A stretch of 61,470 nt of DNA, filler included, from Sphacelaria rigidula (lineage: Eukaryota): assembly GCA_964200075.2 (NCBI GenBank). It is 8 parts of 8 records of this genome, joined end to end, with 100 filler letters (N's around TTAATTAATTAA, not from the genome) between each part and the next. Parts side by side here need not be neighbours in the genome. Positions count along the whole stretch, not along the records: positions 46,179 to 53,774 come from CAXNAA020014173.1; positions 53,875 to 61,470 come from CAXNAA020014174.1; 6 more parts are not named here. One strand, 5' to 3'. Position 1 is the first letter of the stretch, and each line of letters opens with the position of its first letter. The notes under the pieces are model-generated. The model saw only the letters and a list, made by a program, of their open reading frames with translations. It was not told the DNA's origin and ran no database searches. Both the position numbers and the translations under genes were made by a program. Positions 50,172 to 61,470 of this stretch are shown here, one piece after another.

Positions 50172-50762
50172 TGTTGGGATTTGAGAAATAACAGTTCCGG
50201 ATATACATACCCGAGATTAGCGGTAAAACCAGTAACAGTTCATCGTTAGAACAACGATCGTAGAGATACACGAAGAAGTAGCATAATCGCCGTAGAAAAA
50301 TGAATAGCTCATGTACTGTATAGCTCGTATACAGACAGTCAGCATATTGTCAGCATATCGAAGGGTTGAGTACGAAGAGTCTAAGGTATCAACAGTTTAG
50401 ATAAACAGTTTTATAGTGTTCAAGAGTTTTGTCGACAGAGCGAAATAGCCCCACGGAATTTACTCTCCAAAGCGACCCACCTCACGGAAACCTACCAGTT
50501 TGTTATCAGTATCCGATGGAGTAGAGACTGATTGTGTTTGATTCGAGTAATGCCCAGATGAAGCGGCAAGTTCAATAACCTTTTCTCATCGCACAAGCAT
50601 GTATGTGTTTAACCAACACAGTGCAGCCTCTGCGAGCTCTCTTGTTAGAGCTGGGTTCACCAGTTGAACCAATTGTTCCTGTCAGGTAGACAGTTGAACA
50701 CTGTGTATTTTATACGCAAGCCACGATAGCCACATATATATGTATATATATATATTCCAGCA
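50172..50762 (+). repeat. 3' LTR (591 bp)
   Basis: Direct repeat of 46344-46938. Confidence 0.95.
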
Positions 50763-52052
50763 ATATGTCCGAGGCTCTCTGAGCTTGGTCTACTGCTACG
50801 TAATCAAACTGTTTCTTCATATCTTCCTCGGATTCAAGAACAATCTTAATCGGTACTGGAGTACGAAAAAAGGGCTTCGAAGCATTTCTCTTGTCGAACG
50901 TATGCGGCCATCTGCACCTGGAAGACTCGACATCTGGACTCGAGGGTTTCCCCTGCTCTTACAGAGACATCCCAAGGAGGACTGATGTTATGGCTACGGA
51001 TACGAACATCATTTGCTTGGGCTATTCGTCCCGACATGTATTCTCGTCCGATGGCTTGAGTGGCATAATTTTGCTGGTTTATGTTCACTGAACTCGTGTT
51101 ACCAGGGATGCCTTGCGTGAAATCTGTAACCTCATCGTGCAGCCCTCTGTCAGCTCACACTCTTATATTACCTCGCGTTCTGCGACTCCAATCATCCCTC
51201 TTCGATTAACTTCCTCGAGTCATAACTCTGCTCTCAAGATCTCTTGTGTAACATCTTCACGATCGAGTACATGTTTCGAATGCCCTTCACCTTAATTCCA
51301 ATCATTGTTACTCTCAATCGCTATTGTACTCAGTACGCAGTACTGTTGACCCAGTTCTACGGCAGACCTCCCGAATTTTCTTCGTGCTTACTCTTGTGAA
51401 GCTCCTCGCACTAATGATATCTCAAGGGAGGCCTCACAGAGGGGGTGGTGTAATACCTTTGTATTCTTTACTTCATGGAATATGCACTCACTACTCACAC
51501 ACACTCCATGCACCCAAGCTCCTGCCAAGCTCGAGGCCAAATCAAAGTGATACAGTGCGGGACGCCTCATGACCAATAATGTATCCGCGGCACATGTACC
51601 GTTGCAGTATATGCATTATGACAACGCTTCACCGTGATTAGTCGAATTTCTTATTGCCCAATCATTCCGTTACGTGCCGATCTTATTCTACTTGCACACG
51701 ATCCAACGCTGGTACACACTCAGAAGGATCTAGTCCGCGCACACTCGACGCGACATATCTCCCCGCCGTGCCCATCCTTGACACGAAAAACGTTCCATAG
51801 CTCAACCACATCTGACCAACAGCGGGCGCTGTGGGCAAACCAAACCCGGTGGATTCGTTCATGACCAGCGCGCTCTCCCAAAGGCTGTGCTCGTGTGTGA
51901 AACAATACTCGCCACGCTAACTGTGCGTGATATGAAAGCCCAGAAGATCTAAAAGACATAGCTGGTTGTCATCGTCGAATGGCGCTGAGTAGAGTCGTCG
52001 TTGCCCGTCGACTGAGCCGGGCCTGTTCTCGTGACGACCGCGACATGTTGAC

Positions 52053-53138
52053 CTACGGCACGGGGATTTGAACACGATCACCCGGAAAGACCTTCGGTGG
52101 CAGCGTCACGTTCGCCTTCTGGCCCGAGGGATACGTGACCTGTCAACAATGATCATCGCAAGCGCACCAGACAGTGATATCGTGTAATGAAATCATCATT
52201 GTGCTGTCCCGTTACAAAGTCGATGTTCGCCAACGCCTTGGTACTACGGTGAACACTGCAACTTTCTTGCTAGATTTAAAGTTTCAAGCGAATAGTCATG
52301 CAGTAGTCCCAGATTCATCGTACGTACTAACAGCAAGTACACCTTGCCGATGACATTCAAACTCATTGGGCCGTACCTACTGCATTCCTCGGTAGCAGTA
52401 TATGCTTCGGCGTCACCGGCATTTGGCCGTGTGTATGCTATGCTCGTTATCTCATGGCGCCCAGCGGATCCATCGTCTTGGCGGTATCCGCTGAACACTC
52501 TGCTGTTGTGCCCGCATGCCGCGTGTCATCTATGCGCAATTACTACAAAATACTTTACGACGTCGACGCAACTTCCTTTTCGCTCCAAGCGAAAAGTTGC
52601 TCAGATTCAGTGCGGCTGCGCCCGGCGTTTAAAATCGGTACAGTGTCGGCTAGTTTCGGCAGAGTAGGATGCAAGTTCCGGCAGTCATGGTCTACACTAC
52701 TACATTCCGTTGAAAAGGCGTGGGAGTCTGGCTGACTACAGATATTAGTAAACGTCGACGCACTTCGGGGGTTTCGAACCAATCTTCGCTCAAACGATGC
52801 CACGTGGGCCCGGAGGATCGAGCGCGTGGAGTGGGTCGTATGGTGAAAGACGAAGGACGCCTCTCCGCGATAGAAGTGATATTTGCTATCCTGCTGCCTT
52901 GCTCTATACAATTAACGCGCACCTCGATCACATCGCCCCCAAACTGGTCTGGACCCAGCTCGATTTCCATGAACGCTGGCTTAACTGGCTCGGGCTGCGC
53001 GACTGGAGCTTCTGGCGTGTAGGAAGGAGGTACCGAAGGGGCACTTGCCATGTGTTGACCAAAATACGCTGGTTGTTCAGCGTAGCCATAACCCTGCAGT
53101 TGCTGCTGCTGCGTCGTCGGCGGCTGCCAGTGCGTCGA
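52053..53138 (-). CDS. 3' two exons of a Q/P-rich protein ending in a small beta-rich motif
   Basis: Exon 53138-52923 (STHWQPPTTQQQQLQGYGY...MASAPSVPP...MEIELGPDQFGGDVIE|gtgcgc) + exon 52139-52053 (VTYPSGQKANVTLPPKVFPGDRVQIPVP*); phase 0. Confidence 0.75.
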
Positions 53139-53571
53139 CTACGTACAACAGGAAACACATACACGTAAACAACGGTGCGAGTATGTAGTAGTGGCGTTGA
53201 AAGGTCAGTGATGTATGATTCTGTCTCACAACACAGACCTGGCGAGGATGCACAATGACTGCGAAGTTCACTTCCTTCGTGCAGCATAAGACACGAAGTC
53301 AGATGGTGTTTCACCGGCGATTATTGGCCAAAAGTTCTGAAACACTCTGTCTCTTCTCATGACAGAGAACTAAAGATAAGTTGGGAGAGCTGGGAGAGTG
53401 AGATCAGTAGGGGATCGAGATCGTCGAACGTGGGCGGCGATCACTCTTGGATCATCATAATCAATTCTCGGTCGCTGAGGACACGTGAGTAGGTTGTATC
53501 ATTCAATTCAAGATACCCCTGACCTTAGTCTCATCAGTTTTACACTCGATCTACTGTATTTCTCACTACAT

Positions 53572-53774
53572 TGTAATGCACGAGAGGACCGCGTGCTTAG
53601 AGGACCTCATCGGAATTTGAACACGCCTATGGTGAGGGTTAGGGTTAGGGTTAGTGTTGGGGTTAGGGTCAGGGGCGTGGTACCTGCAGGGGCTGACCCG
53701 ATTAGTTTTGAAATACGTCGATCCTGAGGTGTTTTGAACTACGGCGCGGTCCTCTAAGCACGCGGTCCTCTCAC
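53572..53774. mobile_element. TTAGGG-containing MITE cut by contig end
   Basis: TGTAATGCACGAGAGGACCGCG ... GGGTTAGGGTTAGGGTTAG ... CGCGGTCCTCTCAC. Confidence 0.9.
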
Positions 53775-53874
53775 NNNNNNNNNNNNNNNNNNNNNNNNNN
53801 NNNNNNNNNNNNNNNNNNTTAATTAATTAANNNNNNNNNNNNNNNNNNNNNNNNNNNNNNNNNNNNNNNNNNNN
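53775..53874. other. Artificial contig spacer
   Basis: N44-TTAATTAATTAA-N44. Confidence 0.98.
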
Positions 53875-54599
53875 ATATGACTATGGCATGCATGATCATG
53901 AGTACCCCCCCCCCCCTATCGTAGGATGACTCCTAAATTTGTACGGGCCCTCAACCGTGTCCCATCTGTTTTTTTCATTTTTTTGTTGCAGTCTTTGGTG
54001 TTTGTCGAATAGAAAACATGTTTTTTTTTTCAGCCGGTGCTTGAACCGTGCGGCCGAACGACGAGAAAAAAACGGTCGACCCCAAAATGGCCGTGTTTCA
54101 CGCCTTTCCCACGGGATTACATGACCATCGCAATCTCTACCGCTATTGCGCAGCGGCCACCAAACGATATCTTGGCCCCCCGTTTGCAAGGTGGGGGTGT
54201 GCTGGGGGGCGAGTCCATCGTTAGAATGGTGTAGTGGGCAAGTAGAGTACGAAATTTAGACGCTTCTGATATGTTTTCGGGAATTCTCAGAAACATTCTC
54301 ATATATTCCCAAAATAGGCCTAAATAGGGTATATTTTTACCAATTTAGGTAAAAGAATAAGACTCCGTTTTTCCTTCTTCTCTCGCTTCGTCTTCGTTCC
54401 ATCTTTCTAACGAACCCGACTATACTATCTATCCTCACTAACACGGTTGTACTCAGACAACGTATCGCCCATACGTCCCCTAACTTTTGAGACAAAAACG
54501 TTGTTTAAGCACATGTATATGTGTGTACAGCGGCGGAAACTGAGATATTGGTACATGTATATCCGTACATATCTAAATTTGTCATCTTCATACTTTGAA

Positions 54600-55540
54600 G
54601 TCCTCTCCTTCCTCAGGACGGGTCCGTAGTCTCGAGGCATCAATTTATCAATCATTCCCCCGGGATCTGTCTATACTTTTTTTGTCGACGATTAAATCGG
54701 CACTTCCACCCATCGACTCTCGTCTAGTTACCTTTGCAGCAGGCGTCCCCACGCTATGAACGACGGGCATCAGGTTGCGCTCAAAAACACGGTATCTGTC
54801 GGAAGGGTAACCCACAACCCTCCACGGTAGCTGGCTCCTGCTGTATTCCTTTGATTTAGACCACATGGATGCGGCGGCTCGTGCTCCAAGAAAGTCGCAC
54901 TTCGTTGTACAATACATTTTTCACTGACGCAGGGAAACCCAGGTCACAGCCGCGAAACGGTCAAACATGAAGAAAGAAGAGCCAGTGATGGAGGAGGAAA
55001 TCATTTTGCGGCATGAAAATTAGCAAGCTGAACCGTGCCAATGAAGGCGCTCTATCACACGCCTTCGTTTGGTGCCCGCAAGTAAGACGACCAGTATGGG
55101 CTGCTTCACGCACATGACCCAAAATTATGTCATCAGCAAACGTTTTCCCCAATAGACGCATACATGACATCATAGCGGTGGCACTAGGGGCCAAAAGGTA
55201 CCTTGACCAATCAGCGTCCTTCAAAATGTTCCGAAATCGACAATACGAGTTCCAAGCCCAATATTCACCTGATCTCCACATGCTTCAAATCGTAGTAACC
55301 GCCATCAGCTCGGGAATCTAACGGTAAAACATGTTTGAAAACGGTTATTACGGGATCGAATTGTACCCAAAACCGTGGTGCTTCGGTGATGTGGGGTTTC
55401 CGCATCGTCTAATTTCCACTAATGATAGGAACGAATGACTCAGGGAGCCTCGCGACGATTTCCCTTGTATTTGTCGTAAAGAGGCTCAGATCGCCCTCAA
55501 ACTCGGCAGTTCCGTAGGTATCGATGTTTTCAAATGTCTT
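54600..55540 (-). pseudogene. Possible decayed Ulp1/C48-like protease, probably transposon-borne
   Basis: LIFMPQNDFLLHHWLFF resembles the catalytic-His motif (ifiPin...HW.l); upstream YYDLK/MWRSGEYW and downstream PWRVV...QPD..RGDAC; several stops and frameshifts. Confidence 0.35.
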
Positions 55541-56027
55541 AGTCTACTATGTCGTTCTGTTCAACTTTTTCTGTTCCTTCTTTTTCTTCAGCGAGTGTTT
55601 TCAGTTTGGTTTTCTCTTGAGTGCGTCTATCATGTGACCACGGCTGGATCCCTGGGAGGTCACTTGTAGTGCGACAATCAATCAAGCAATCAATCAAAAT
55701 GGAAGAAAAACTGTACTCTTGACAATATCTAAATGTTTCTGCGTTCTCTACCGCCTTCCGGGGGTCTTCACACTGTGACCCCCGGAAGGCGGTACAGAAT
55801 GCTTCAAGGGCAAAAAGTAAAGTTTGCGTCCCGGAGTGGCTCAAGGAACATGAGTACAAAGTTTGATCGAGAAACTCGAAAATCTCATCAAGTTTTTCTC
55901 GCCTTGACGTTAAATACACCCGAAAAAGACGTTTTCATACTAAAATCAAGTAGAGTTAGGAGTTTGCACGTTTCAAGCTCACGTCATCGCAAAAACGCGC
56001 AAAACTCCACGCCATTTTTAGGAGTTA

Positions 56028-56505
56028 GGCCGGATGTTATGGCAGACAGATTTTTGGCCCACGGCTTGTTCACTTTTGGGACGTTTAACCCACTTTTTGA
56101 CCCCCAAACAGGGAAAATCGCCAACACACGTCTTGGACACTTTGCATCACCTCACAGAGAGGAGCCTAGCACACTTTTCAGATTCGCTTGGCTCCGAGGT
56201 TTCGAGAGCGGCCGCTTAACAATAATCCGTCTGCGATACAATCTACGGCGATCTCCACATATTTTTGGGCAAACTGGCGGGGTTGGCAAGCACAGATGTT
56301 TGTACACGAAATTTTGTTCAGCGGTCAGTCTCGAAACGTCGGAGTCAAGCGAATCTGAAAAGCAGACTAGGCTCCTCTCGTGGGGTGATGCAAAGTGTCC
56401 AAGACGTGTGTTGGCGATTTTCCCTGTTTGAAGTCAAAAAGTGGGTTGAACGTCCCAAAAGTAACAATCCGTGGGCCAAAAATCTGTCTGCCATAACATC
56501 CGGCC
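56028..56505. mobile_element. PIF/Harbinger (Tourist-like) foldback MITE, TTA TSD
   Basis: TTA|GGCCGGATGTTATGGCAGACAG ... CTGTCTGCCATAACATCCGGCC|TTA; arms approx. 195 bp. Confidence 0.9.
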
Positions 56506-57359
56506 TTAGATGCTGAAATTTTGCACAAATGTGCTATGGGTCATGACGCAAATTTCGATGGACGACTTTTTTTTCCCAACTTTGTTAACTTTTTGTCGAG
56601 GGTCCGATGAGATCAAAGTCCTGAAAATTTGCACAAATGTGCTATGGGTCATTACGCAACTTTCGATGAAAGAGTTTCATGTCTACTTTTTTACTTTTGA
56701 AGCTTTGTTCGGGGTCCGGCGGGATCCAAGTTTCCCCAAAACCCTGGGACCCACGGAGAACGGTGAAAAAAGTGTAAAGAAAAAAAACGTGCACGAAAAG
56801 TTGCGTGGTGACTCATTATCTATTCACGCAAACTTTCAGAGTCTAAGTCGTGGAAACGGCGTGAATTTTTGCGGATGAGGGTTTTTAGGTTGGTAGGCGC
56901 GAACCAGGCTGTAGAGACAGCGAAAAGAGGAGGTGACCCCGGGAAGAGAGAATGCTGTCAACTCATGCCCACAGACGTCAGTGTGACAGTGGGAATGCTG
57001 CGCCGCCACCACCATATCACGCAAAGCAAACGCCAAAGTATTACATTTACAGTCCTTGGAACCCTAGTTGTGTCAGTTTTAATATTTCTTGACATCATGG
57101 CAGTGATTGAGTGGGAAATGCTGGAGAAGAAGTGCAGGGCTTTCTTCGAGACCCTCCCTGCGCTTCATCGCGGTATATGAAACTTGAGCGCTTCCGCACA
57201 AATTTGCAAAATACATCACCGTACCGTACCACGATACTGCAGAATTGTAACTCCATGACCAAGCTATACTGTACCGCGATTCACTGGTACCGTACTGTAT
57301 TTTTATTACCGCACATCACCCGCCCCGTACCCTACCTACCGTGAGCTACAAACACCGTA

Positions 57360-58573
57360 CCAGCTGGGCCAGCCTATAAAAACGGATTTAAGCTCTCAAA
57401 GCAATATCTCATCGACACGGACGAGTTGGGCCGTGATCCGCATATTGTATTGATCGTCTAATCAAGGGGAAGGTGACCATCTGCTCAACAATCTGCGCCA
57501 ATATTTTCTCGTTGATTAAACCCCATGTCTACTGTAGTAATTCCTATACCGTACGGAGATGAGCGTCCATACTAAAATATCTATGAAGCCCCGAACGATG
57601 CATGCAGCGGATGGTGATGATTTTTGGTGTGGGTATTCCCTGGAGCACGGGGAGACGATAGATACCCTCACCTTAACCTAATTCGCAATCTATCTCGAGA
57701 TATGGTTCACATAAGTATTAATACTAAAATCAATGTATTACGAGCAGGGGCACTAGATACCCTCAATCTGGATATCGCGTCTCAGTTTTTGAGGGGTGTG
57801 CTATGAAATCTCGTGTGGAGAACTGCTAGTGCATAATAAAATAACATAAAACAGCTTTTTACTTTTTTCCCCAGTTTTTTTGTCTTTTTTTTTCTGTTTT
57901 TTGGGTTTTGAGGAGAAATGGACATCGCTCTTGGGTCTTATCTCAATTTTTTAGCTCAATTTTTAGCATTATGATTTGAATCTGAGCATGGATAAACACA
58001 GAGGTATGCTGAAAAACACAAAATGGGCCTTCAGTTTTTTTTTTTTCGGGGGAGTCTCGGGCGTTCTCGTAAAAAAAAATGGTCACTACTATACTAAAAC
58101 GCCCTAAACCAGTAAAAAAAAATGCAAATACCAACCTGACCCCCTTTTCTCGTTCATTATGCCCTAGCGAGGTTCCACAAAAAGTTTCGATACACACACA
58201 CCAAACGTGGGCCGGTAGGTGGCCTGCTTAATACTGTTCCGAAATTCTACCGACCCGGTTACTAAACGGCCCATTCGCCGGCCAATATTTAGAGTTGGGC
58301 CCTCGAATTTGGTAGGGACGATGAACAGGACACGATGAAAAAAATTACCCGTGCACACAAAGTTTTTTTCATGAGTCAAGGGCAATAGTCAGTTCTCAGG
58401 TATCAGTACAATGCCATTAAATCGTGAAAAGAAAAGAAAAAACTTTGTGTGCACGGGTAATTTTTCATCATGCCCCATTCATTGCTCATACCAAATTTTA
58501 GGGTCCAACTCTAAAAATTGGCCGGCGAATGGGCCTGCAAACTATAAGTTTGCTTCTAGGCTGGCCCAGCTCG
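57360..58573. mobile_element. 1.2-kb non-autonomous TIR element with TA TSD
   Basis: TA|CCAGCTGGGCCAGCCTATAA ... TTCTAGGCTGGCCCAGCTCG|TA; internal foldback approx. 58269-58368/58438-58535; homologous to 2690-4232. Confidence 0.75.
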
Positions 58574-60341
58574 TACTTCACATGTAAACATCATGTGAGA
58601 CCCGGCATCTGTTGTGAAGTATGGCTCAGGCCACGTCTTGCCGAGACGAAAAATAGCGAAAACAAGAGCAAGCAAAAAGGCTTGTCCGCTCACAACAATC
58701 AGGTAGGGTCCTGTCGAGGATACATAGAAGTGATTTTTTTGTCAAGAGCAATATTTCTTTCGGCACTGGACGTAAGCGCAGTCGGGAATAGGTCTGGAAA
58801 TCTCAACGGGTGTGACTGAAACTGGTGATTGAAACACGTTACATCTACACAACAGAGCCCGAGCAAACACGCATAGGCACCCACGGTACAAGCGCATTAG
58901 GCCTACAGTAGCGCTAGCTCTTGCTCACCTACGCACAGGATGCTGTCCGTTTCACGGCAAATCGTTCGGTGTCGGAAGAGAAGCGGCCGCGTGTGTACCA
59001 CAAAAGTTGCTCACGATGGAGTCACTGGCCGTCTGTGCGCGTGTTGTACGGCTCCCGTCTGACGAAAATAATCGTATCTCCACCAATTTTGAACCGATTT
59101 GCCCCGAGCCGGAAACGTCGAACTCAGCTGATCAACAGCTCCTGTACTGTACGGCTCGAGCTATGTATTGTGCATGGTGGGAGAGTGGGACCAAAAGTTG
59201 ATGCGTTCTTGTGCCATAGGTCCGAGCTGTGTGACAGGCGTGTAGCACGTGAAGGATCATTGCGCCGCTATTTCATGTTCCTCTTGATAATGAACAGCCC
59301 AAAACAAATTGGTCAAAAACCGAAAAAAACTCCGGGATAATATAGAGAAAAGGCGCGGCTCTTTCGGTGGTGGGGGGTGTTATCGCAGCGACCGATCAAC
59401 ATGATCGCTCTTTCTGCTCGCGTCTTTTGTTCTAGCCTCCATCAAGATAAGACCTCAGAGGTACGCGTGGTGTCCTAGGGACGCCACGGGTAGTGTCTTC
59501 GAATCCCCGATATGCACTCTTGTCGTTCGCATTTTTCCCTCCAACTGTGAAACACCTCTGTTGCAGTCGGTATTATCTGAAAAAATATATATATATATAT
59601 GTTCACATCCGCGGTCGAGAGGGTTGGCCAGTCCGTCTGTACATACACGATGACTAATCGGATCGCAATACATTCGTTGGTTGAGAATGCTGACGTGTCA
59701 TACTTTTATTCAGCCGCGTAGGTACCGTATTCATCCGGCGCCGTACCATCCGTACCAAACTTTCTGGAAAGCAGACACCGAGGTACGATAGGATCCACAA
59801 TAACAAAATACGGCACCGTACGCATTGCACTATACAGGTACCAAAGACCGTACACCCCAGGGATGCCACGGAAGTCATGTTCCATACCGTAGAATCAGAC
59901 CCGAACAAAAAATGAGCCGAGGAAAGCTCTACAAAGGTGTTGATTGGGGTATGTACGAGGGACCGACGGTGTGTACACAGATATGTACATGTAGATTCAA
60001 ATGCCACCGTTCATCCTCGACCGCCTCGTTGCCTATTATAGTGTGAGGGAGTAGTCATTTTGAGCGCCCCATGTGTGCTCACTCGAACGCTTTGTGACTT
60101 GATACGAAGGATATGGACATGGGAATGATGATACTACTGCAGTAAAGTTCTCCGAAGATCTTGGCGGTGCTGAAAAAGGGTAGTTGAAACCCTGTATTTT
60201 TTCTCCAAACAGGTGTTGGTCGGAAGGTGCTATTGTTGTACAAGCAGTCGAGTTTTCAAAGTAGAGCTCGATAATGCGATAACTGTTTTCAATCATGACT
60301 ATGATTTGTGCTGCACGCACAATTTCGATTCTTGTCTACAG

Positions 60342-60469
60342 GCGCACCTGGAAGGTCCTCATATGAACAACGAGGAATACCAGGAGCTTCTCTTGGGATC
60401 GAAGTTCACGCTGTGCCCAGGTGGACACAACCCGGAGACGTTTCGAATGTTCGAAGCCTTGGAAGCTGG
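60342..60469 (+). CDS. Exostosin/GT47-like glycosyltransferase exon
   Basis: ACAG|GCG...GG|GTGAG; AHLEGPHMNNEEYQELLLGSKFTLCPGGHNPETFRMFEALEAG carries the Y...L..S.F.LcP.G......R.fEAl..G signature. Confidence 0.88.
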
Positions 60470-61099
60470 GTGAGCTCTACATTCTCCCTCGCGTTCCATT
60501 GGTGTTCCTGATTATACTGTTGAGCGCTTGTAAAGTGGGAAGACCGGGGTGAAGAGTAGTTATTCGTTTGTTTTTCGGGGATTTTCAAAGTTCATGGAAA
60601 GCAAAAGCCAGTTAAGGGTCCCTCTTTTGGTGGTAGGTTTTACTCTGTCACGCCAGGTATCGTGTCGTGTTCTGCAGCGATGGCGACAGACCCGTCTTCC
60701 TTATTCCGTTGCCCTCGTTGCTGTCTGTGGGGGGAGCGTCGGTGTTGATCTTGTTCGTGTCTTGTTTTCGGTGTCGTTGGTGTTGGCTTTGGCGTAGTGG
60801 AGTTGGTCCTCTGTTCGTCCTTGTTGTGGTTAGCGGTCGTGTCGGTGCTGCCGATGACGCTTACTGCTGCTGTTGTTAGTCATGTCATGTCACGCTTCTC
60901 GTGGCAAATGCTGATACCGGCCGTACAGAGCGGCGAACGACCAGTCCAGTCTAGTCCCGGGTCGAGAAGGATTCGTCAGTCTCATGTCTTACACCCGCAC
61001 TCCCGCTAGACCTCCTCCTCCGCCAAACTACCTCGACAACCTATATTATAAGGACGACAAGGAATGGTGTGGCGCGACCACCCGAGACTCTGGAGAAAA

Positions 61100-61350
61100 A
61101 AGCAGTGCCACGGTAGGGGTGCACTTTTTGCGCAAAATCTTGTCAGGGGCGCCTAACGATTCTGGATGCACAAGAATATGGATCAGGGCATCCCCGTTTG
61201 CAAAATTCATTCGGGATATCCCTAGCACGTTGCAATAGTAATCCTGGCGTACTCTCTCATATTTCATAAGTCCGGTTCTGGAAGAAATAAAGGACTCCTA
61301 ATAATTATAACCTCAGAAGATGTTTGTGCACCCTTACCGTCGCATCGCTC
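61100..61350. mobile_element. Second copy of the GAG...CTC MITE (29299-29555 family)
   Basis: Reverse-complement homolog of 29299-29555; ends GTGCACCCTTACCGTCGCATCGCTC|GAAA. Confidence 0.8.
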
Positions 61351-61470
61351 GAAACATTACTGAGACGATAAATCACCCGGCACGGGAGGAGGGAGGGGAG
61401 GGGGGGCGTACTCATTTGTTGCTTGCCCTAGTCGTTCGACCATTGACCACGCATCCCTTACGAGACAGAG

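Larger units (their letters stand above)
46344..50762 (+). mobile_element. Ty1/Copia LTR retrotransposon, non-autonomous (gag + protease only)
   Basis: LTRs 46344-46938 and 50172-50762 (TGTTGG...CA); PBS-like GGTTAGAGCC right after the 5' LTR; purine run GAAGGGCG before the 3' LTR; flanks TCATG/ATATG; no integrase, RT or RNase H motifs seen. Confidence 0.92.

Noticed and set aside
7598-53874. Regularly spaced TTAATTAATTAA palindromes with 7.7-kb periodicity
   Set aside because: Synthetic linker between length-sorted contigs.
55733-56516. 232-aa ORF as a real gene
   Set aside because: It runs through a TTA-flanked foldback MITE; no protein signature.

Overview
This is not one continuous locus. 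It is eight unrelated eukaryotic contigs of 7,596-7,597 bp (1-7597, 7698-15294, 15395-22990, 23091-30686, 30787-38382, 38483-46078, 46179-53774, 53875-61470), joined by identical 100-bp N44-TTAATTAATTAA-N44 spacers, so nothing should be inferred across spacers. Short exons, kb-scale introns, GTGAG/GTGCG donors and dense MITE/SINE content suggest a brown-algal/stramenopile nuclear genome (inference). Partial spliced genes reconstructed by eye with compatible intron phases: a PH-domain protein with a long acidic tail (contig 2); a 10-exon glutaredoxin + DUF4395-like membrane protein, possibly continuing into a SLAC1/TDT channel (contig 3); a CRAL-TRIO/Sec14 protein (contig 4); a coiled-coil protein (contig 6); a Q/P-rich protein 3' end (contig 7); and an exostosin/GT47 exon (contig 8). 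Mobile DNA includes a two-LTR Copia element carrying only gag+protease, a decayed KDZ-type transposase, tRNA-derived SINEs, and several MITE families with TA, TTA or 4-bp TSDs. One MITE family carries TTAGGG repeats, and one element has termini built from a Pol III A-box-containing palindrome. There are also two satellites (63-64 bp and 118 bp). Best candidates for novelty are the Grx-DUF4395(CxxC) fusion and the SINE-head/TIR hybrid element at 13420-13884. All family calls come from motif recognition without database searches.
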